Origin: Schmidtea polychroa
Taxonomy: Eukaryota
NCBI GenBank assembly: GCA_044892525.1
Contig: CM097885.1
Span: forward strand, 51,648,001 to 51,712,000
DNA: 64,000 nucleotides
Direction of reading: 5' to 3'
Part shown: positions 26,841-40,850 of the stretch, piece after piece
How positions within the stretch are numbered: the stretch's first letter is position 1
How the letters are laid out: each line of letters begins with the position of its first letter
The notes under the pieces: generated by a model
Seen by the model: only the letters and a program-made list of their open reading frames with translations
What the model was told of the DNA's origin: nothing
Databases searched by the model: none
Program-made: the position numbers and the translations under genes

Positions 26841-29800
26841 AACATGAATATGACCCAAATCACCACTTTTATTCAAAAAACTTTGATTCTGTCATTGTCA
26901 ATTTCAAAGACAAAAATAAAATTGTTCTTTTCGGCAATTTAGGATAAATAATATAACTCACAACCAAGAAAATACTAAATAGCATATGACAAGAAAATAC
27001 ATACTTCTAATGGGTAGTAAAAGAGGGAGACATGCAACACTACCAATAGTAAATTCAATTAAAAAGTCATTCTAAAACCAAAGTCTTTCTTTTGTGAAGT
27101 TAAATTAAAACAAGTAATAGCGTTGTTTAGCTTTTACTTTAAATGTTTAATTTTACTTAACCTGTCAAGCGTAACCGGTCTCATGTGTGGTATCCCTTAA
27201 ATGGTGCCCCAAATACCGTTTGAGGCCTTGTCTACTTAAAAATAATGAAAAAAATAAAAAGCCTCATAAGACTCAGAATAGGGGTTTCCGACGTTTCCGG
27301 AGTGAATTAGCAGAAGAACTTGATTTAAAATGTTTAGAAAATTAAATTAATTCTTTGGTAATTATTAAAATAATTTTAATAATTACTTAAATGTTTGAGA
27401 ACAATTTAAAAAATATTAATAATTTCTTCGCATTATATTAAATATATTTATCATAATTTTTCATTTCAATTTTAACAAAATCTAAATAATAACTGAATTA
27501 TGATAAATATTTATTTTAACCAATCAAGGAATAGTTTCAGTTTACATCAAGAACACATATAGAGTCAGTATTAATCATATTTTTTAATCAAATTATTTCC
27601 TTTAAAACTTAAAATTAATTTTCCATTATTATTTATTGGATAATAATTTTTGCATCAAATTAAAAATAATTTACTTGTAAGTTGTAAAATAAAATTAAAA
27701 TTGATAATGATAAATCAAATCTTTTTCATTTTGCGTGTTAAATTAAAACAAAATATCTTCACAATTTTATTATCTGTAATATCATTGCTCTAATATCATA
27801 TAAAATAATATTTTTAAAATAACTATATAAATATATATATTCTACACAGCGTATGAATTCTTTAGTACATCAAACATAACTGAGATACGTTTCTTATAAT
27901 ATAAGAAAAAATCAATAATCTTACATTATAGAAACATACATACTTACTTTGATTTCACGCAGATGTTCTCATTAATAGTGCAATGAGATACATCTTACAC
28001 TATAGAAATCTAAAAAGTGAAAGAAAAATTAAATACTGCACACAAACACAGCACATACTAAAAAACACACATGCAAACTTTCGGTATATAGAAATGCGTC
28101 GCTGAGATACGTTTCTATAATAACTCTATTTCAAACAATTTTTATAAAACAAATTATCGCTGAAAATGATTTAAAATGTATTTTTAAAAAACCTATTGTC
28201 TTGAAAATGACGAATTATCATAGTAAGAATTATTTTTGAGTTAAAATTAAGTTAAATATTCATTAGAATTTCTGATATTTGTTTTAGAAATATTTTAGAA
28301 AAATAAATTTTTAGCAATTGATTTAATTATTTACTTATAATTAAAAATATATCTGACTTACATTATATCAAAATAATTCTAAAATTATAATCATAAAATA
28401 AATTTTATAAAATTCCTTAAACACCTGAAAATTAATTTAAAAAAATTTATAACACAAATGTTGACTAAAACTAATATTTAAGAACTTGAATAATGATATC
28501 ATATCTATATGAATCAAAATTCGAGTCTTAAAATTTGGTTAAAATTAAACATCTTACCTGAAAGCATTTCTAAATTAGTTAAAATAAATTTCTAGAAATG
28601 AAATTTATTAAATTGGTGAGTAAATTTAATGATGTACATACTAAACACCACTATAGAAAATGTATCTCAGTGTTATTTGGTGTATATGTTGAGTTTGTGT
28701 GCACTATTTAATTTTTCTATCACTTTTTCAATTTCTATAGCATTCCGGTTTGATAAGAAAGATGTAGTGTGTACGAATGTCGCATACTACATGTCTAGAT
28801 ATAATTTAGGTTTATTTGACATTTTATCAAGTTTTTATCACATTTTATCATTTTATCTTCAATTAAAAAATAACATTTAAAATTAATTAAAATTAAATTA
28901 ATTAATTATTACAAATATCTTTAAATAAATTTGACATCAAAAATGATTTAAGTAAGTCAATTATTGGTAAACAATAAGTCTTTTGGAAATTTATTTAAAA
29001 TTTCAAAAATAAGATTTCAAAATTGGTTATTTTAAAACAGATTTTGTTAAAAAATAATTCAACACCATCAATTTGATCGTTTTCTTGGTAGTACTTTTTA
29101 TTTTAAGAATTTTGTTGTGAGAAAAAAATTATTTCTCTGACCAAGTTAGAATCCTATGACAAGTGTTATCCAGTGCAATAATATTTTTAACACACTGGTA
29201 AGTTGATATGATACTATATTATAAAATTTATTTATTTTATAAAAAAATAGAAATGCTATCCAATGGAACCTAGTGTATCTCATTACATTTTCAAAGAATA
29301 ACATCAAAGGGAGTAGATATGTTTATATACAATAACGTTATTGTTTTTTTCTTATATTATAGAAAGTGTATATGAGTAGAATATGATTTATATAGTGTGC
29401 ACTGACTTTGGTGGGGATTTTTACACTTATTTGCATAGAATAATAACGTCTATAATACAGATTTGTGTGTGGAACCAATATCTGACAAATCTTTTTTTCA
29501 TATTATGAATAGACAAAGTTTGTTTTTTTAGATTTCTTACAGTTAAAAGTTTTAATTATTTGAATATTAAATTTGATGTTTTATTATTAATTGCCACATA
29601 TTCTAATTTTATTTATGCCCTCTGGGAAAAATTGGAGAAAAGTCACAAAATAATGTTCTGATATTTTTAAATATATTCCGTTAAGTTTATCTTTCTACAA
29701 TTTTAAATTATAAAGCTAAATGAAAATTTTAGTATTCCTAATAACCGCGTAGTTGTCTTTGTAAATCTGCAGTATTTTAATGAAAAAATAAACTTTATAT

Positions 29801-31383
29801 AAAGTGTGTTTCAATAATATTAGTTTTAGTTTACTTTTCTTTTATATGGTTTTTGGTCAGAATACAAATTCGAAAAGATTTTTTTATATTAATTATTTTT
29901 TTTTACTTATTAAATATTTAGCTCTTAATTCGTTTTGAATATGAGCAAAGAAGATGTTAATGTTCATGGTGGTTCTATTTACAAAGTGAAAGGTATAATT
30001 ATAATCTGTGGACATGGAAATGCTTGCCATTTCAGGCCTCTTTTATCACCTGAGTTGACTCAAACACCGTTTCCTATTGCTGGATTTTCAACTATTTATC
30101 ATCACATAGAGACTTGTTGAAATTGTCAAAATACGTTTGATTGAATTTTATCACCAAGACGAAAAATTGTCTCAGTTAATTTATGATGCAAAAATAAAGT
30201 TTAAAATACAAATCAGAAATAGATTTCCATTTCAAGATTTATCAGATGAATCTATGTTATAGGGAAATATGATTTATTATTTATTTCTTGTTTATCTACA
30301 AGAATTGTTTAAAAATGACAACAACTTATTAAAAATTCCCAAAGTTCATATTGACCAAACCACAACAAACCGTTTAGAATGAAATTCTTTTATATCATTT
30401 ACGGTTACTCCGTAATAGTAAGATTATATTTGTGTATCAAATGCTTTTTCTAGCATTTTCTCAATTTCTATAGTAAATGCGTTTATTTCATGCAATATAA
30501 AAATTCAGCACACATATAAGTTTGTGTGTTTTTATAATATAAGTTTATCATTTTTCTAATTTTATAAGTGCCCTGATTCCATACAAACAGGTGAATGTCG
30601 ATTTTTTTTGTAGATAATTCTTGGTAGGTTTGTCTATGAACATGTATTAATTATAAACATTATAAATTAGAATACGTGAATTAAAATTATAAAATAAAAT
30701 TTTAGTGAAGATAAAGGTAAACTAAAAGACGACATATATTTTAAACTAATTTCAAATTACAAAATATTTAGATGCTAAACAATCTCTGTAAATTGCATAT
30801 TTCCGCAAAAGATGATTAAACCTGAATCAATTACAAAGTGACAAACAATTTAATTCACGCTCCAATAATTCCTGATTTAACAAATAAATTAACATTTTTA
30901 ACTGATCAATGATCATAAGTTAGTTTGTGAAAAAAATTAATTAGATCAAAATTTATATAAAAATGAATTAATAAAAATGAATTAATAAAATGAATTAAAA
31001 AATAGAATAAGTAATATGAAAAAGTACAATAGTTAAATTACTAAAAAAACTTTTTTTGGCCTATAGCACAATACACATTACAAGCTAAATAATAAAATTT
31101 ATCGACAATCGGGCCATAATAATAATAAGACCCCAATAAAAACAACAGATTTGTCCTAAATTAAACAAATATGAAAAACTATGATATATTTTTCTTTTAA
31201 TTTCTTGAACCACACGTCAAATCAGGTTGATCTTGGTGTCATTTCTAAACACATTTTGTGAAAATCAAGCTAATCTGTAATATTAAGTTTCACGTAGGAA
31301 AGGTGCTAATTCAAATATAATTCAAACATTATGGTAAAATATTAAATAAGATTTAAAGAGCAAATGTTATAAATAAATGATGC

Positions 31384-31415
31384 AACCGGTCATGTTGACC
31401 GGTTCGTAGTTCTAG
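31384..31415 (+). mobile_element. Helitron-like 3' end
   Basis: Hairpin AACCGGTCA-TGT-TGACCGGTT, then 7 nt, then CTAG followed by T. Confidence 0.6.
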
Positions 31416-32384
31416 TGTTAAAGAACGAAATTAATTTATAAATAATTAAATAATAAATAATTTTGGAAAATATTTACGATAAAGGTAAAGAAAAACAGTA
31501 TTTGTGTTTAAGAAATAACAAATTAACTATGATAATTGTCACATAGGAATCTAAAGAAGTAATTTTAATGAAAATAATTGGAATTCTAATAGAAAAGTAA
31601 TCTAATAATGAACAAAAAGACAAATTGAATAAATAAATTTTTTGATTTATCAGTGAAATAATAAATTAAAATCTATTAAACCCATATGTACTGTATTTAA
31701 GATAAGAGGTCTCACAACCAAACTAAAGGTTTCACAGAATTCCAAATATTTTTCCATTAGAGATTTTGTCTTGTCTGCCGTGTTCCATAGTGACTCGGTT
31801 ATTGCGAACTTGATAGCTTAGCACGAGATCTTAGCAACAGTTAGGCTTCATTAACAGTAGCAAGAGAATTTACAGGGTTAACTGCATATGACAAGTAAAC
31901 TACGCCAATTTTCAATTTTCAATTGATATTATTATGTAGGTGAATTGGGCTGTGAGGCCTAAAAAAGTCAATGCATTTTATCCATTTTAGTTTGTTTTCG
32001 ATAATTTAACTAATGACAAAAGTATTTTTTCAGATTACCTGTTATATATTTTAATTCATTTTGCTAAAATTTTATTTTTATCTTTTATTTCTTATTATCA
32101 TCGTCTCTTTGAATTTGTTTCAATTTTTATTATTTCTTTTTTGTTACGTTTATATTATTTTCTTCCTGAACTTCTTGCACATGTTATTATTTCAATATTA
32201 TTTTTATCTTTATAAATTTTGGTTTATTTTTTTCCTATAAACTGCTTACTTGGTGTTTTTATTGTGCTTTGAGTTTAATTCTACTTAATGCGATGTTTTT
32301 TGTGTTGTCTTACCGACCTATTTTCACATTATTATTACTATTATAGTATAAAATGATGATTGCTTGGTAGCAGCATTTATTATT

Positions 32385-32563
32385 TAAAACAATAAAATGA
32401 TAATTTAAGCCTTTTGCTGCAAATAATGTATTTAATGAAAGAATTTTCGACTATACGATAGTCCTTGCGATAGAGATTGACAAGGACTATCGTATAGTCG
32501 AAAATTCTTTCATTAAATACATTATCTGCAGCAAAAGGCTTAAATTATCATTTTATTGTTTTA
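32385..32563. mobile_element. Penelope-type inverted pseudo-LTR hairpin (83-bp arms) with variant hammerhead
   Basis: Near-perfect inverted repeat with a 13-nt spacer. The + strand reads GAGA-TTGACAA-G-GACTAT CGT ATAGTC-GAAA-ATTC-TTTC. Flanked by TAT/TAC microsatellite. Confidence 0.75.
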
Positions 32564-33518
32564 TATTACTATTATATTATTATTACTATATTACTATATT
32601 ATTACTATATTATTATTACTATTATATTATTATTATATTATTATTACTATTATATTATGAAATTATCGGGTGTAACTGACGATCAAGCTCCTCAAACAAC
32701 TTAGTTGCAGTTAAGATGTCGATTTCCTTTGACAAAACCACTGTGGACGTCTCAGTAGCACTCAAAAACACTTAATTGATGGCAGGGGTGCTTTATTACA
32801 CGAATAATTATATAAATTAAACATTTTCAATCTTAAATCACATTTAATGTAATTAGTAACAATAATAACTTCTTTTATAGGCCCAATTTGAAGTGTGGCT
32901 TTGCATTAGCCTTTCCTCATCAAAAAAATATCTTGTCAACAAAAATAAATGCAACAAGTAAAACATTGAACAGTGAATAGACTATATAATTATTATGAGA
33001 AATGATAATAATAAATATTTTTAAACAGATGTATCAATACCCAAATTATGCATTTGTCTTAATTTCTTCCTTTTACAATAATTGTTATTTAGAAAAAGAT
33101 CGCCGTAATTTGGTCATTAACTAATTATCTTAATTACTATCAATAAAGTTTGTTTGTTTTCCCATTTCAATTATAACGCAGGTTGCAAATTTTGATTCTT
33201 AATCTTATTCATTTTTTATTAATTTCTATAACAAACAAAATTTTCCTTCACTAAACCTTTTAGACAAGGAATAAATTACATTTAGAAAGAATATTTACTT
33301 TTGATTGCTCGGAATTAATAAAGTTATTAATTATAAAATGTGAGAATTAATTTTCACTAATCTTAACATTTTAATTAATTAATTTGTGAATATATTTTTT
33401 AAACATTAAATTAATTCTAATACTAATAATACTAATAAAATTTATAATAATAATAATAAAGTATAAAATAAAAGAAAGATTGAAGGGTATTTTGGGGAAG
33501 AACATTGCTAAATCCCAG

Positions 33519-33609
33519 GAGATTGACAAGGACTATCGTATAGTCGAAAATTCTTTGATTAAATACATTATTTGCAGCAAAAGGCTTAAATTATCATTTT
33601 ATTGTTTTA

Positions 33610-33610
<1 letters not shown>
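33519..33610 (+). mobile_element. Third copy of the same pseudo-LTR unit, followed by (AAT)n
   Basis: Near-identical to 32473-32563 and abuts an (AAT)n tract at 33611-33695. Confidence 0.75.
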
Positions 33611-33697
<87 letters not shown>

Positions 33698-36600
33698 TAA
33701 CAATAATAATAATCAGTTATTGCCATTATTATTAATATTATTATTATCAATTATTACCTCAAATTAAAATAGATAATATAATTTAACCTCTTTAAATAAT
33801 TTTGTATTCCTTGGAATTTTAAAATATTACTTTTGATTTGATATGATATTGTTTCATTTTTACGTTTGCGATTCAAGATAAAAATCTATTTATTTATTAA
33901 TTCGCATGAGATTAGTTTAAAAAAGTATGTATCATTTATGTATATTAAATAATTTTTTGTGTATGGAAAAAATTACTTAGAGAATAGACACTGGCCGGGA
34001 AGAATAATATGAATCCGAAAGAATATATGGCAATAAAGACAAAAAATAAAAGATAATGAAAACAAGAATATAGACAAAAATGAAACACGAACGAACATTT
34101 TTTATTTACAATTGAAAAAATGTTTTGATACGAAAAGACATACATACCAAAGAAAACGACAGATTTGACGGACCAAGTACAATTATAAATAAGTGAAAAT
34201 AAATAACATGAATAATGGAAGAAATATAATAAGACATGCTGAATGGTTGACAGAATTTAAGACTATGTGTAAAAATGTTTTAATTGAGGGGATGCGAGCT
34301 AAATTTAATAATTTAAACAATTTAAAATGTTTTTCACTTCGTTTAGCAAATTGTTTTACTACTTTGTCACATAATAATTATAATTATAACATGTCAAATA
34401 TTTATCAAATATCTACCATTATCCGTTTTTGGTTATATTTCTGGATAGAGAAAACTGAAGGAAAAAATCTTTGTTAGATTTCTAATCCGAGTTAATACAA
34501 ATATGTATCTGTGAACGTTTTGAAAGGTTTTTGTATTTTGTACTTAAAAATATTTTAAAGTTATTTTAACTTTAAATTATGCTTCTACTGAGAATTTATC
34601 ATTAACTTTATTACTAATTCAACTTTTTACTTATCACGTTTGATGTTCAATTAAAAAAGCTGGAACTAAAGATGACGTCAAATGACTTTCCTTTTGCTAG
34701 AACAAATCCATTAAAAAACCTTCTAATTACATTTTCTTTATTTATTTTATAAAATATGTCTAAGAAAAAACATATCAATGAAAAATATTAATCTGTAGTT
34801 ATGCGAGTACTTAAAATAAAAACAGGAGAATAGTAGAAAAAATTTTAAATTCTCTAAAGTTGACTTAAGATAAAATCTTGAAAATACATAATAACCGGGG
34901 AAAATAGGAGAACATAATTAATGCCAACATAACATTGTTACTGTAATTAAAATATAGAAAATATTAGTTTATATGTAAAAATAATTATAATAATACAATC
35001 AAAAAATTAGATACGAAATTGCAATGACATGGGTTTTTATTTTGTAGATAAATGAATAAAATAGTATATAAAATTATTTTAGACTATTTTTGTATAACGA
35101 AATAAATTATTTTTTATTATCTTTATAAAACATTTTAAATTTGAAAAAATAAATGATTTGTTTTATATTTATTTGTAACATGTGTTATTTCAAAAATGTT
35201 TATTTTATTTAAAAGGTGCATTTTATATCCCATACATAGTCTAAGTAAAATCCTTTATTTTTTAGTATTTGAGTACATTTGAGTTAATGAGACAATGTAA
35301 TTCTATAGCTAAATAATGTTTTGTGATTTAAAAATAATTATTGCAATAGTATTTATAAAAGTTTTATTATAACTGGTCGGTGGCGAAATAATTTAAAAAA
35401 CATAATAAAATAAATAAAAAAATATGCCATTTTGGCAATATTTATTAATTTATAATATTTTATCCTAAGATATGTCCACATACTTCCCGCTATCTCCGCA
35501 CACGAATTCAGGAAAATAACCGATTGAAAGGTATGAGTCAAATAGTTAAGATTAGGAAAACGTATAAAAACTTTAATAATAAGTTGGAAAGAAATTTATA
35601 TGAGGCATTGATTATTAAATCACAATCCCCCACAAGTAACATTCAATCAGCAACCAATTTATTGAGATTATTTAATTATCTCATCAAATAATAACCATTA
35701 CATAATTATTGTTTCTGTATATAACTGTTAACATAGATTATGATGGCAGACTGATGATGAGGATAATGTACTATATCCTATATCCTATATCCTATATCCT
35801 ATATCCTATATTCTATATCCTATATAATTCCTATATAATTGGTCTTTTCGAGCTTTTATTAAAAATGGGTCATCATTTTGTTCGATTTTTACATATAAAT
35901 TTCAACATTCTTCGGATATTAGTACTAAATAATTTTCAGTTTTTTCACGTTTTATTTACATTTTATATATTTTGAACCCTAAATTTAAAAACTATTTTGT
36001 ATAATAAAATTCTTAAATCACATTGAATCCAAAACAATATCTTAGTTTCAAGAATAAATATGTAATATAAGGGTTCTGCATAAATTGATAAATTTGAATA
36101 TTGTATCTACAAATATGAAGGTTATGAAACTATTTGGCCCGTACGTTAGTTTTCCATTCATCTACTAGGATAATTTTGTTGCACTAAAGTCATTCTTGTC
36201 TTCTTGTATGTCTTCTTGTACACTGGATCTTGAGAGCTCGGATTCTATTGAAACTTTTAAGACCCAGTTTCCTTACAGCACACTGCATGATAATCTCACT
36301 GACTCCATATTTATTAGACTCTAATTATTGATTAACACCTATCTGCTTCTGGATCCAAAGGTCAATTGTTGCACTCGGAAATTTGGACAGTATTTTGTTT
36401 TTGCCCAACCACTACCAAGTTTCTGTTTGTCATCATTCATCTCCTGGAAGTTGCGGAGGATATCATAGACATTGAATCATGCAATAACCTCATAGACAAA
36501 ATGCTGGACAGTGAGTGCACTTCTCTTGTCACAGTGTATCTTCCAAATGTTACAGACACTTTCAAGTAGACGTTGTTCTTCCATGGTGTTATTGCTGTTA

Positions 36601-37176
36601 TAACCCTAACCAATTACAAAATTTGTAAAAGTAAATGATGGAATGTATCACATCAAATGTGTGTGACTCAACGAATATGATTGGTTGTTAATATCTTCAA
36701 AAATCATATATATATGTATATATATATATATATAGTAGGCTACACATTCATCTTTTTGTTTGTCCGGATTTTGATGTCGCACTCGTTATTAAGAATCATT
36801 ACACAAAATGAAAAACATTATCAAAAATAATGTTTTTTTAAATTAAAACATTTTTCCTAAATAAATAAAATTAAAAAGAAAATGATACATTTTTTTCATG
36901 ACAAATCTTTACAAATGTCTAAATTAATGATAGTAAAAACAAATTTTTCATGAAAAAATTGAATTTTATGTTGCTAGAAAAATATATTGACCAGGACTTG
37001 AATCGGAATGTAAATTTTGGAATTTCAACGAAACCTTCTTTACCAATATTGAAATCAACCTGATCCATCAGATCATATTTTGATTAAGAAAACAAAAGTT
37101 TGATATGTTTTGGAAATAAATTTTTGAATTATGAAAAAATCCTGGGACATAAATAATACGATTAGTTCTTGACATT

Positions 37177-37358
37177 CTAGATATTTGTCGATTCGTGAGT
37201 AGAAATTGAAGGATAAGTGTTTGGTATATAGCTACATTCAGTCACTGCCTGGTGTAGGGCTGTTGAAACTGGAGTATATGTCGCGTTGGAGCAATTAAAT
37301 ACACAGCCAGGGAATGGCAGAATTTGCATAGTATTGTTTGGATTATATGTGGAATAGC
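37177..37358 (-). CDS. Probable terminal protocadherin exon
   Basis: TTTTTTAAG acceptor with phase 1 matching the previous exon. Reads GYSTYNPNNTMQILPFPGCVFNCS..HESTNI then TAG; GC content is higher than in the flanks. Confidence 0.72.
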
Positions 37359-39658
37359 CTTAAAAAATTTAATAATAAAATTTTATTAATAACCTTATAT
37401 CATATGAATACAATTAAATTGAAGAAATAATCTGTGAAAAATACAATTTTAAATAAAACTATAAAATAAAATTTCGAAAAGTTTATTTTAATTATTTTTA
37501 AAATAACTCAATAAATTTATGTTTTAATAACCTATAACATCAATAATAATGATTTAAAGGTTTTCCTAGAAATTCTGATTTATACATATTGGAATAATTT
37601 TTTTATATGCCAATCCCTTTTGATAAATATTCAATCAATATCGAATTTATTGAGAGTATTTATTTTATTTATTGGATCATAATAGTGTTTTGAAATTATA
37701 CTTTTATAATATTCAAATATTTTTTTTGTTTAAATAGTGCTTTTTTATTTATGAAAAATTTGCCATTATTATTTCACATTTATATGGTACTGGTAGTATT
37801 AAATAAAAAAAAGATATGTAAATATTTTTCTAAATTTCTTCAAATATATTTTGTTATTAAATTATTTTATTAAAAATTAAATAGCAAATTTACGTTTAAT
37901 AATTAAGTGAATATTTGCTTATATATAAACTATTATTAACCTATAAGTTCATTGTTGTTAGCTTTTATTAAAAAAAAACATAAATATTCAAATAAATTAG
38001 ATAATAACTGATTTTTTACGCAAAAATTATATTTAAATATTTTTGTTTAACATATTTCTATTAAATAAAAAAAATTTTTAAAGGTAATTTTTTTCAATAA
38101 GCTGCTAACCAACAATTTTAAGATTTTATGATTAAAATGAAAAATTCAATCAAATTCATTTAAATTGCATGAAGCAATTATTATAAACTTGTGATTTCTG
38201 TACATGCATAAAATTATTAATTTTACAGAGATTAACATTCTGTAAAAGAGATAGTCGGGTCCATACAATGAAAAACAGTTGCTAATATTCAGCCTTCGCT
38301 GCAATTGCCCAAACATATTGCGAAAGGATAAACATAAACTATCCTGACAAAAATATTACTAAATATTCTTCATTTTCTTTATTCTGCTTAAATTAGGCTG
38401 ATTACATTTCATTTTTTAAAATATTTTAATGATTCTAATACAGAATGTAATTATTGGTGACCTTTAAGGTATAATATCTTTGAAAATAGGAAAATTAGAT
38501 AACGAAAATATAGATTCTTATATTTTTACGAGATTAGCAACTGTCTTGATTAGGAATTTTTTCTCGAATTTAATAATTACTTTCTAGCTGACCAGCACTG
38601 AAAATTATTGAACATTTTTCAATCATTTCAACTAATTGAACTTTAATAACGAAATATAATTATACCTTTTCGAAAGAGTTACTAACAATTATAATGAGGT
38701 TGTATAAATTGGTGAGGAATAAAAATTAAATGTTTAAGTGCGCAAAGAAATCGGAAATAAAAAATTCAGAAAATTTAATTTAAAATGAGAAAAATCAAAA
38801 CTGGTATGAGCAGATTGCAAATGAAAACATAAACATGAATATTATAATTTTCAATTTCAATTAATTTTTCATTAATTAATATTTATTTATGTTATCTATC
38901 ATTTCAGATAAAAAATCAGAAGTAATTTAATTAATAATATTTTTGAGAGTAGAAGACTTAATAACATTGCCGAAAAGATCGAGTAAAATTTCAAGCGAAC
39001 AATATTAAATGTGAAATAGATCTCACCTATTATAAAATAAAGTGTAAGGTATTGTTTGATTTAGTGCCAGATAATATTTAGACATAGTTCGAGGCAGATT
39101 CCACTAGGCCCTAATGATTAGGGTCTTCTATCCATGGATAGGACTGTTGATCAAAAAAGTAAAATTGCATTTATTGTAATTATTGCTAATTGAAACACTA
39201 ATCATTTTAGCTATGTTAAATCTGATCGGTAAATAACAAACTTGATTCACTTTGTCTACTTTTTCTGCTCAATTAGGGCGATTTTGTAGATTTTAATTTC
39301 AAAATATCATTAAACATCTATTTGAGTTCATTTTTCTTAACGAAATAAATTAAATTTTGCTTATTTCTTCAGATGAATAAATTGAAAACATTTTTTGGTT
39401 ATACACATTCTTAAAATAATTTGTAAACAATTTAAATAAATTAAATAATTAAATCTAATTTTTGAAATTATGGGCATAGTTTAAGATGGTTCTTATTGTT
39501 TATTTTCTTAAATTTTCAAACTTGTTGCTCCTCAAAAATATTTATTAACATTTTCACACGTCTTTGTAAAACCCCAACAAAACCTTTTTAAATCTTCATA
39601 ATAAATAAAAATTATTTATTCCTTTCTATATTGATAATATTATTACTTTAATAATTTT

Positions 39659-39823
<165 letters not shown>

Positions 39824-39824
39824 A

Positions 39825-40133
<309 letters not shown>

Positions 40134-40296
40134 CATTTCTTGCCATTGATAAGGGATCGTTGATGAATCTTGGTATATAAGACATGTCATCATCACTAGC
40201 GCCTTTCCCACTATCTGATCTTTGTTCATCATTTCTTATTAATAATGTTAATGCATTCTGACCATTATACGTAGTCATATATTGTGGAGTGGGTGC
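40134..40296 (-). CDS. Protocadherin cytoplasmic exon with CM1-like motif
   Basis: APTPQYMTTY..RSDSGKGASDDD.. resembles the DSG(K/H)GDS conserved motif of non-clustered delta-protocadherins. Ends at a phase-1 GTATTA donor. Confidence 0.87.
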
Positions 40297-40346
40297 CTTA
40301 ATTGATTATCGTTTATTATCATTAATTATTTTTTGTTGAAATTTAC

Positions 40347-40466
40347 ATATTCATTGCTTTGAAGTGACTTCTGTAGATTATCGAGATATATGTCATTGGA
40401 TGCTCCAAAGGATCGTTGATTGTTCCAATTTCCTCCCGAGTTTGATAGTAATGTTTGACTTTTTAT
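40347..40466 (-). CDS. Protocadherin cytoplasmic exon
   Basis: Flanked by 54-bp (40467-40520) and 50-bp (40297-40346) GT-AG introns. 120 nt, open in frame: IKSQTLLSNSGGNWNNQRSFGASNDIYLDNLQKSLQSNEY. Confidence 0.85.
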
Positions 40467-40520
40467 CTAAACATTTGTATAATCATAAAATCTATGCATA
40501 AGGTAATGAAAAATCTTTAC

Positions 40521-40850
40521 TGTGTTTCCTCCCCAAATACCCTCCATGTTTCCAGAAATTTCAAAATCCTGCTTTTCCCCTAAATCTGGAGATAAATGTC
40601 GAACTTGATCCTGAAACATAAGGCTCGGAACGTAATTAGTGTCATATGACTGATTTTGAAACCTATCTCGGCCGGTACACGGCTTGACAATACATATGAT
40701 AACACTGATCAGAATAAGAATCAACAAGGCTGACACAACGGATAAAATCAGAGAAATCATGAAATTATTTCCAATAATTAAAGAATTATTTGAAGGGCTG
40801 AATGGCTTATCGGATGACTGTGGAATGTCAAGTATTTCAACAATAATTGT
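40521..40850 (-). CDS. Protocadherin exon: end of cadherin repeat, transmembrane helix and juxtamembrane tail
   Basis: TTTTAG acceptor, then TIIVEILDIP.., which completes SGYPSLKSAK|TIIVEILD. Hydrophobic helix ISLILSVVSALLILILISVIICIV. Length 330 nt, ending at a GTAAAG donor. Confidence 0.92.

Noticed and set aside
27880..29370. Patchy inverted similarity (27880-28118 vs 28650-28740 and 29270-29370) and a 130-bp direct repeat (25958/28316)
   Set aside because: Old fragmented dispersed repeats with no definable ends or coding signal.
39085..39150. Two short hairpins with a GTTCGA word (tRNA/SINE-like)
   Set aside because: No cloverleaf or A-box, and too short to support a call.
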